Source: Paenibacillaceae bacterium
GTDB taxonomy: Bacteria; Bacillota; Bacilli; Paenibacillales; UBA4045
NCBI GenBank assembly: GCA_040904605.1
Contig: JBBDTA010000109.1
Span: forward strand, 30,309-94,308
Reading direction: 5' to 3'
DNA: 64,000 nucleotides
Part shown: positions 57,850 to 64,000 of the stretch, one piece after another
How the letters are laid out: each line of letters opens with the position of its first letter
Position numbering within the stretch: the stretch's first letter is position 1
Translations under genes and position numbers: made by a program
Notes under the pieces: generated by a model
Database searches by the model: none
Told to the model about the DNA's origin: nothing
What the model saw: only the letters and a program-made list of their open reading frames with translations

Positions 57850-58890
57850 TTAATTAACATCATTTTTTTTGAATTTAGGGATTTGCACCTTGATTCGAGT
57901 TCCTGATCCAGCTTTACTGAATATCTCAATTTCGCCGCCTAGCTTTTGTGCACGTTCTCTCATCGTTGATAGACCGTAAGAATTGGTTTGCACCTTTCCT
58001 TTGTAGAAGCCCTGTCCATCATCACTTATATTTAGCACATATAGATGGTCTAGCTCCTGAAGAGTGAGCCCAACGTGCTTCGCATCTGCGTGCTTGACAA
58101 CATTAGCCATAGCTTCTTGAACAATCATGAACAATTGATGCTCTAGTGCATCGGAGATGCTATCAGATAACCTCACATCGATTGAACCTAGAAGATGATT
58201 ATGCCTACAATAATCAGGAAACCAAATTTGTATAGCTTGTTCTAAGGACCTTCCTTCTAGCTCTACAGGTCTAAGCTGCGCGATCAATCCACGCATTTGC
58301 TTCTGAGCATGCGAGGAAACCTGGATAAGCTGCTCGACAATTTCTTTGGCTTTAGGAAGATCCAGATCAATCATTTTCGCTAAGGTTGCGGCTGATAAAT
58401 GCAGAGCGAACAATTGTTGGCTGACCGTATCATGCAGATCACGGGCGAGTCGTTTCCTCTCTTCAAGCACCGCCGCTTCATTAGAGGAAACCTGAAGTCT
58501 GATATTCTCCTCCCCTAGTACCTGTAGCATTTGAATACGTTGTTCGATTGATGCAGCCATATCATTAAAATCATAATAAATTTTATCAAAGGTATCGTTT
58601 CCCATTAGGGGAATACGTATTGTCAGGTTACCTCTACTTAGCTGCAGAATACTTAAGTGAAGAAGATTCACCTTTCTTTGAAACCGCACAGCAATGAAAT
58701 ATCCAATAATAAATCCAATAAGCAGAACACAGAGAGCGATAATAATCCAGATGGTCAACAAGGAAGTTAAGAGGAATGGCAAGTAATATAACCCAACAAG
58801 AACAATGACCAAAGAGAGCTCTGAAACGACTAGGAAGTAAACTAAAAGTTCCCACTTCATGTTCTTAACACCGCGAAGTAAGTTTGCCAT
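57850..58890 (-). CDS. liaS: HisKA_3-type sensor histidine kinase (LiaS-like)
   Basis: 2 TM segments, HAMP domain, H-box RLARDLHDTVSQ, and the ATPase motif DDGQGF. Confidence 0.85.
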   Translation of the reverse strand: MANLLRGVKNMKWELLVYFLVVSELSLVIVLVGLYYLPFLLTSLLTIWIIIALCVLLIGFIIGYFIAVRFQRKVNLLHLSILQLSRGNLTIRIPLMGNDTFDKIYYDFNDMAASIEQRIQMLQVLGEENIRLQVSSNEAAVLEERKRLARDLHDTVSQQLFALHLSAATLAKMIDLDLPKAKEIVEQLIQVSSHAQKQMRGLIAQLRPVELEGRSLEQAIQIWFPDYCRHNHLLGSIDVRLSDSISDALEHQLFMIVQEAMANVVKHADAKHVGLTLQELDHLYVLNISDDGQGFYKGKVQTNSYGLSTMRERAQKLGGEIEIFSKAGSGTRIKVQIPKFKKNDVN

Positions 58891-58897
58891 TAATACA

Positions 58898-59740
58898 CTA
58901 CCCTACTCTCTGAACGGTAATATCCCCGATAAATAAACTGACCTGCAAGCGAATTTTTTTGTCTGACATGATGAAATCCTGAGTTTCCTCTCTGACTGAG
59001 CGCATAAATCCACTTTCTCTTTTGCTGAACACTGTACTATCTCCAAGGAAAGAACTAGACGTGACGCTCACCTCTACCTCCATATCATTCGGAACGAATA
59101 CCTTTACATCACCAATGAAGACAGAAATATTCAATTTCGTATCACCTGCAGGAATCTGCGCTTTGGTAAGATCAATAATCGTATCACCAATAAAATGTGA
59201 AATATTCATTGGCTTTAGCTCCCAATAATCATGTCCTAAGTACAGATCTCCGAAAAATCCGGAGCGGTTCTCTGCTGAAGAATCATGTGTAGGATCAAAT
59301 GAATGTGAGGGATTGAAGCTGGGTCTTGAACCATGATTATAATCATACTCATATTTATTACCATATTCCTGATTTAATTTAGTAGGTCTCTCCTTCCTGA
59401 ACATCATTCTGATCCCAACCAGAATAATGAAAGCTGGTATAAGCAGCTTAATTAACTCGCCCACAGACATGTCTAGATAATTTAAATTCTGGGCTAGAAA
59501 GCCTGCTCCAAGAGCAATCACGAACAAATTCCAGATGTAAGCGCCTCCCGAATGCTTACGATCTTTTACTTGACTAAGTAAACCAGAAATACCGAAAAAA
59601 ATAATAATTATCGGCCAATAGGTTGAAGCCATCTCGCCCGGATTGACCGTGATGAATCCGAGCTGAGATCCTAAGAAGAGTGTTCCTATAAAAATAAGGA
59701 TCATTCCAATGAATATCCGCTTAACGACATGAGAGTTCAT
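58898..59740 (-). CDS. liaF: LiaF-like cell-envelope stress module protein (N-terminal TM segments plus beta-rich C-terminal domain)
   Basis: Membrane N-terminus and a repetitive FIGD(T/V) C-terminal domain, directly upstream of liaS and liaR. I prefer the start MNSHVVKR at 59740 (GGAGGA, 7-nt spacer). Confidence 0.7.
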   Translation of the reverse strand: MNSHVVKRIFIGMILIFIGTLFLGSQLGFITVNPGEMASTYWPIIIIFFGISGLLSQVKDRKHSGGAYIWNLFVIALGAGFLAQNLNYLDMSVGELIKLLIPAFIILVGIRMMFRKERPTKLNQEYGNKYEYDYNHGSRPSFNPSHSFDPTHDSSAENRSGFFGDLYLGHDYWELKPMNISHFIGDTIIDLTKAQIPAGDTKLNISVFIGDVKVFVPNDMEVEVSVTSSSFLGDSTVFSKRESGFMRSVREETQDFIMSDKKIRLQVSLFIGDITVQRVG

Positions 59741-59862
59741 TCTATCATCCTCCAACGCTTCAATGATGTATTTACTATCCTAAGTGTAGCTGATTTTATT
59801 CGTCGTTGGAAGCGTCCTAGGTTGGAAGCATGCTCAGTCTTTAGACGGAGGATATAATATAG

Positions 59863-59879
59863 TGTGAATTTCCCTAACA
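59863..59879. promoter_or_regulatory. TnrA box upstream of the ammonium transporter
   Basis: TGTGAATTTCCCTAACA is a perfect fit to TGTNA-N7-TNACA. It is centred about 52 nt upstream of the inferred transcription start, as at B. subtilis nrgAB. Confidence 0.75.
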
Positions 59880-59886
59880 TCACTCA

Positions 59887-59916
59887 TTGACATATTTGCT
59901 GACATGAACCTATAAT
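59887..59916 (+). promoter_or_regulatory. Sigma-A promoter of amt
   Basis: TTGACA-18 nt-TATAAT. Confidence 0.75.
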
Positions 59917-59957
59917 GATGTTCGAAGATCTGCACTTATTGTCAATGAATGGAGTGA

Positions 59958-61274
59958 ATGGTTTTGGAATTAGATCAAATTATCAGTGGCCTTGATACAA
60001 TATGGGTCGTGCTTACTGCAGCAATGATATTACTGATGGAAGGTGGATTTGCACTTCTCGAAGCAGGGTTTGTCAGACAGAAGAATGCGGTTAGTATCAT
60101 CATGAAGGTATTTGTTGATATTGCCTTTGGTTCACTTGCATTTTATTTTGTAGGCTTTGCACTTATGTATGGGAAGGATGCCTTTGGATTTATTGGCACA
60201 ACAGGTTTCTTGATGGGAGGTAATCTTACTCATATTGATTTAACGATATCCCACGATACCTATTGGTTCTTCCAATGTGCATTCGTTATCGCGGTTATCT
60301 CTATCGTATCAGGCGCTGTTGCAGAGCGCATTAACTTCCGTGCTTATATCCTGTATACCATCGCAATGACTGCACTGATCTACCCAATCGCTGGACATTG
60401 GGTATGGAGTGCTGGAGGCTGGCTCGGCTCCCTAGGTATGATTGATTTCGCAGGATCAGCCGTTATTCATAGTCTAGGTGGTTTCTCTGCACTTGCTGCT
60501 GCAATGTTCATCGGACCTCGAATCGGCAAATTTGCAGATGATGGTACAGCCAATATCGTACCCCCCTCTAATCTGCCACTCGCCTCTGTAGGTGCGTTCG
60601 TCTTATGGTTTGGTTGGTTCGGTTTTAATGCAGGCAGTACTCTAAGCGCTACTAATCTCTCAATTGGCCACATCGCCGTTACTACAATGCTATCGGCTGC
60701 TGCGGGTGGTGCTGCATGCATCCTATTCACGATGTTCCGATATCGCAAAGCAGACCCGCCCATGGTCATTAACGGGTCATTAGCCGGCCTTGTGGGCATC
60801 ACAGCAGGCTGTGCATTCGTCAATGACTGGGTTGCTATTATCATCGGTGCAACCTGTGGCGTAGCTATGGTCTTCGCAACTGAAATATTAGAGAAGAAAC
60901 GGATTGATGATCCTGTCGGTGCTTTTGCTGTTCATGGTGTAAGCGGTAGCATTGGTACAATAGCCGTCGGGTTATTCGCTGTTCCAGAGTTATCAGGCTC
61001 CATTGGACAAGGCTACTATGGTTTATTCTACGGTGGTGGTTGGAATCTGTTGGGCGTTCAGCTATTAGGACTAGCTGTTGTCTGTATTTGGGGATTTGCT
61101 CTTACCTGGTTGGCTCTCACCCTTATCAAGCTTATCGTTCCTGTCCGAGTATCCCGAGATGAAGAACTTATTGGCTTAGATGTAGGCATTCACGGCGTAC
61201 CCGCTTATAGCCAGGAGCATGACTTTATTAATCTACAAAAACTGAAGAGAAACACAGAAACTCAGCAAGGCTAA
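59958..61274 (+). CDS. amt: Ammonium transporter (Amt/NrgA family)
   Basis: 438 aa with 11-12 TM segments and signatures DFAGSAVIH and AVHGVSG. The start could instead be the TTG at 59964. Confidence 0.93.
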   Translation: MVLELDQIISGLDTIWVVLTAAMILLMEGGFALLEAGFVRQKNAVSIIMKVFVDIAFGSLAFYFVGFALMYGKDAFGFIGTTGFLMGGNLTHIDLTISHDTYWFFQCAFVIAVISIVSGAVAERINFRAYILYTIAMTALIYPIAGHWVWSAGGWLGSLGMIDFAGSAVIHSLGGFSALAAAMFIGPRIGKFADDGTANIVPPSNLPLASVGAFVLWFGWFGFNAGSTLSATNLSIGHIAVTTMLSAAAGGAACILFTMFRYRKADPPMVINGSLAGLVGITAGCAFVNDWVAIIIGATCGVAMVFATEILEKKRIDDPVGAFAVHGVSGSIGTIAVGLFAVPELSGSIGQGYYGLFYGGGWNLLGVQLLGLAVVCIWGFALTWLALTLIKLIVPVRVSRDEELIGLDVGIHGVPAYSQEHDFINLQKLKRNTETQQG

Positions 61275-61309
61275 CTCAACAACAATATTCATAACCCTAT
61301 TCAAACAAT

Positions 61310-61354
61310 GAACCCGCACTCCATATGCCGTTGGCAATGTGTGCGGGTTTTGTT
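61310..61354 (+). terminator. Rho-independent terminator downstream of amt
   Basis: AACCCGCAC-21 nt-GTGCGGGTT followed by TTGTTT. Confidence 0.7.
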
Positions 61355-61374
61355 TATTATCCATCTTCGCTTCA

Positions 61375-61746
61375 TTAATCTTCAATAATGTATGTCGGTA
61401 TATGGATCGACTCTCCTGATGATGTCTGATCAACAATTAATTTAACTGCTTGAATTTCTTCCCGTAGCCGCCTGATCTGCTCCTTCGGCTTCTTCACATA
61501 ATGAATGTATTCGACGGCCAGATGATGATCAGGCTTCTTCCCACTGAACAATCGACGAAAGTTCGACATGACTTGAAAAGCCTGCTCTTCCTTCATTCTA
61601 CGCTTCTCATAACGTTCTATGACCTGATCAATCTCCAAGATCAGTTGTTCTCGCTTGGCAATGTAAGTCTCCAAGAATGGATAAATCTCGGCAGCTTTAC
61701 GTTGTTTGCTTAAATACGCTTTCTCAACAAGTTTGGCGTTCTCCAC
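61375..61746 (-). CDS. Hypothetical coiled-coil protein (123 aa)
   Basis: ORF only; charged helical sequence with no motif recognised. Confidence 0.5.
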   Translation of the reverse strand: MENAKLVEKAYLSKQRKAAEIYPFLETYIAKREQLILEIDQVIERYEKRRMKEEQAFQVMSNFRRLFSGKKPDHHLAVEYIHYVKKPKEQIRRLREEIQAVKLIVDQTSSGESIHIPTYIIED

Positions 61747-61942
61747 GGAACATTCTCCTACTCGTAAATGTTATCTTATATGACATATCCTTAGTTTACA
61801 TCAAATTTCTTCATTTGGCTACATTACTTTATGCCGATATCTATACCAATTACACCGATTTCATTACCTTCAGCATCCAATATAGCTGAAGACAAGGTCA
61901 TACACGGTTTTTTGGTAATTGAAGATATGTTGATCTTCGAAT

Positions 61943-61979
61943 TGAAAAGAGGTATGTCGACAAAATGTGACATACCTCT
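61943..61979 (-). terminator. Terminator downstream of the 42-codon ORF
   Basis: Minus strand reads AGAGGTATGTC-10 nt-GACATACCTCT followed by TTTCAATT. Confidence 0.7.
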
Positions 61980-62001
61980 TTACTCTATTTATGGAACGAT
62001 A

Positions 62002-62130
62002 TTATTTATTAGCTTTTTCGTTAGCATTAGCAGCAGTTGCATTCTTCGTAGTCCTAGTCCCTGCTTCTTCAGCCATCTCTGCATTATATCGTGTAGCCTT
62101 GGGTTTTGTGTTATTTTTATTCTTGGCCAT
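62002..62130 (-). CDS. Small hydrophilic K/N/A-rich protein (42 aa), possibly a minor spore protein
   Basis: The ATG at 62130 is preceded by GGGGAGGTGA. Translation is MAKNKNNTKPKATRYNAEMAEEAGTRTTKNATAANANEKANK. I reject the 80-aa ORF-track version because its 5' extension runs through the sigma-factor terminator. Confidence 0.55.
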   Translation of the reverse strand: MAKNKNNTKPKATRYNAEMAEEAGTRTTKNATAANANEKANK

Positions 62131-62201
62131 TACTTCACCTCCCCATAATCGAATGATGATTTTCGCAACTTGCGGGGGCCCAATACATATAGCGGAACAG
62201 T

Positions 62202-62242
62202 AAATAATAAGCCCCACAAGTATTATCTGATACTTGTGGGGC
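62202..62242 (-). terminator. Rho-independent terminator downstream of the ECF sigma gene
   Basis: GCCCCACAAGTA-8 nt-TACTTGTGGGGC followed by TTATTATTT (minus strand). Confidence 0.8.
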
Positions 62243-62261
62243 AAATATACGAAATAAAAGC

Positions 62262-62813
62262 CTAAGAACCGTAGGCTGATGCTCCAAATTCCGCTATTAT
62301 GTGCTCCTTCAATCGGACTTTGGCTCTATGTATTCTTGCTTTGACAGTTCCAACAGGCATCTCCATAATCTCAGCAATTTGCTGGTCTTTCCAACCATAA
62401 TAAAATTTACAAATCATCATCTTACGTGTATCTTCATCCAATAAGGCTAGACTTTCATATATGGTTTGCTTTAGTAATTTATCTTCCATATATAGATGAA
62501 TATCTAGGTCCTTAATACTCATATGCTCATCATAAAGGGAAACAACATGGGAAGATCGCTTCTTCAACGCATTCATTGCGGTGTTGGCTACAATGACTTT
62601 AGACCATTGAATGAGCTTCTTCGGATCTCGCAGGGTTTCTAACTTAAGTAGTATCTTCACCCAAGATTCTTGAACGATATCAAGCGCATCAGAACGATTT
62701 TTCATCTTAGCATAAGCGACCATAAACATATGCTTATATAGATGATCCAGGATTTCATCTTGGTCATCAATACTGAACTGCTCCACTTCCATGAAGTGCT
62801 TCCATTCCATCAT
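62262..62813 (-). CDS. ECF-type RNA polymerase sigma-70 family factor
   Basis: Region 2 (ALDIVQESWVKIL) and region 4 HTH (IAEIMEMPVGTVKARIHRAKVRLKE); 183 aa. Confidence 0.88.
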   Translation of the reverse strand: MMEWKHFMEVEQFSIDDQDEILDHLYKHMFMVAYAKMKNRSDALDIVQESWVKILLKLETLRDPKKLIQWSKVIVANTAMNALKKRSSHVVSLYDEHMSIKDLDIHLYMEDKLLKQTIYESLALLDEDTRKMMICKFYYGWKDQQIAEIMEMPVGTVKARIHRAKVRLKEHIIAEFGASAYGS

Positions 62814-62901
62814 TCCTCTTCCTTCTTAGACACAGAAATAAGGGTTATACCCTCTTCCACTCCGATGAAAGAAACTACTAATGTTCACTAATATTAACAC
62901 A

Positions 62902-62944
62902 AATTTCTCCTAAAAAAAAGAAGTTGACGCAAATCATTATAATG
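62902..62944 (-). terminator. Rho-independent terminator downstream of thrS
   Basis: Minus strand reads GAAGTTGGCGCA-11 nt-TGCGTCAACTTC (one mismatch) followed by TTTTTTTT. Confidence 0.8.
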
Positions 62945-62959
62945 CGCCAACTTCCGACT

Positions 62960-64000
62960 TTATTTTTTGCTATTTATTTCCTCTAAGATCATCTGGATCG
63001 TTGCCTCAATATCGTGAGCACCTAAATCTCCTTCGCCTCTTTTACGCACTGATAACGTACCAGAACTGCGCTCATTCTCGCCAATGACTAGCATGAAGGG
63101 GGTCTTCTCAAGCTGTGCTTCACGAATTTTGTAACCGAGCTTTTCGTTGCGTTGATCGATGTCTACCCGAATTCCTGCTTCTCTCATTCTGTCGACAACC
63201 TCTAAACCAAATTCATTAAAATTGGTTGTCACAGGGATTAAGCGTGCTTGAACTGGTGATAGCCATGTTGGGAGAGCACCAATAAAGTTCTCCAGTAAAT
63301 ACGCCGTCATTCTTTCCATTGTGCTAATGATACCTCGGTGAATCACAACTGGTCTATGTTTCCGTCCATCATCCCCAACGTATTCTAATTCAAACCGCTC
63401 AGGCAGGAGAAAATCCAATTGAGCTGTAGATAAAGTTTCTTCTTTGCCGAGAGCAGTTTTTATCTGAACATCAAGCTTGGGTCCATAGAATGCAGCTTCA
63501 CCCTCAGCTTCGAAGAAAGGTAAGCCCATCTCTTCTACCACCTCGCGAAGCATTCTCTGGGACATATCCCACATCGCGTCATTCTGGAAATACTTTTCTG
63601 TGTCTTGTGGATCACGATACGATAAGCGGAATCGGTATTCCTTAATCCCGAAATCATCATATACCTGACGAATCAAGTTAACGACTCGAGCAAACTCCTC
63701 CTTAATCTGATCAGGTCTACAGAAAATATGCGCGTCATTTAACGTCATTGCTCGAACACGGTGGAGACCTGTTAATGCACCAGACATCTCATATCGATGC
63801 ATTGTACCTAACTCTGCGATTCGAAGGGGCAGATCTCGATAGCTTCGCATGTCGCTTTTGTACACCATCATGTGATGAGGACAATTCATTGGACGTAAAA
63901 CCAGCTCTTCATTATCCATAATCATCTTCGGGAACATGTCTTCACTATAATGCTCCCAATGACCGGACGTTTTATAAAGCTCTACATTGGCCAGCACGGG
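62960..64000 (-). CDS. thrS: Threonine--tRNA ligase, C-terminal ~346 codons (5' end beyond window end)
   Basis: Class II catalytic core ([20 protein letters not shown]) and a C-terminal anticodon-binding domain. The reading frame is open to the window edge. Confidence 0.93.
   Translation of the reverse strand, partial: PVLANVELYKTSGHWEHYSEDMFPKMIMDNEELVLRPMNCPHHMMVYKSDMRSYRDLPLRIAELGTMHRYEMSGALTGLHRVRAMTLNDAHIFCRPDQIKEEFARVVNLIRQVYDDFGIKEYRFRLSYRDPQDTEKYFQNDAMWDMSQRMLREVVEEMGLPFFEAEGEAAFYGPKLDVQIKTALGKEETLSTAQLDFLLPERFELEYVGDDGRKHRPVVIHRGIISTMERMTAYLLENFIGALPTWLSPVQARLIPVTTNFNEFGLEVVDRMREAGIRVDIDQRNEKLGYKIREAQLEKTPFMLVIGENERSSGTLSVRKRGEGDLGAHDIEATIQMILEEINSKK

Noticed and set aside
62131-62244. 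N-terminal extension of the small ORF, giving the 80-aa version MPHKYQIILVG...
   Set aside because: The extension runs through the 12-bp-stem terminator of the sigma gene and has no RBS. The internal ATG at 62130 has GGGGAGGTGA upstream.
62850-62885. An AGTAGTTT octamer in the ECF sigma upstream region, as a possible link between the sigma factor and the recurrent leader motif.
   Set aside because: About two occurrences of any given 8-mer are expected by chance in 128 kb of two-strand sequence. The flanking sequence does not match the cassette, and the cassette lacks ECF-type GAAC/CGT spacing.

Overview
This 64-kb window is core chromosome from an endospore-forming Bacillales organism, most likely Paenibacillus-like. 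That is my inference from gene content and from synteny with the B. subtilis folC-valS-spoVID-hemLBDCXA-ysxC-lonA-lonB-clpX-tig block. About 90% of the genes are on the minus strand.

I call 59 protein-coding genes and 2 tRNAs, plus several hand-mapped promoters, terminators and operator-like sites:
- An enlarged heme and siroheme cluster: hemA-hemX-sirC-hemC-cobA/hemD-hemB-hemL, a 590-nt spacer, then hemE-hemH-hemY.
- Proteostasis genes: lonA, lonB, clpX, clpP, tig, htrA.
- Sporulation genes: spoVID, gerM, gerE, a yhcN/ylaJ-type lipoprotein, prkA.
- Nitrogen genes: an E. coli-type glnA and amt, each preceded by a perfect TnrA/GlnR box.
- The MEP-pathway genes ispG and ispH, aroF, serC, asnB, rph-rdgB, liaFSR, an OmpR-type two-component pair next to htrA, an orphan ECF sigma factor, and partial folC and thrS at the window edges.

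I found no IS element, prophage, CRISPR array or recognisable defence island.

The most unusual signal is non-coding: a recurrent, sense-oriented promoter/5'-leader cassette.
- There are three full copies (upstream of rph, gerM and an OmpR-type regulator) and five partial copies.
- A 45-nt core, flanked by 9-nt direct repeats in copies A and B, carries a conserved hairpin that abuts the Shine-Dalgarno sequence.

Other points worth a second look:
- Three 21-bp phased direct repeats over the hemA -35 region.
- A phased AAGCG repeat array in the aroF leader.
- A 98-nt module bounded by an inverted repeat, upstream of speD.
- An unannotated 32-codon membrane-peptide minigene.
- A stand-alone rare-codon tRNA pair whose tRNA-Gly(CCC) has non-canonical features.

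All coordinates and alignments were derived by hand from the sequence, and no database search was possible.
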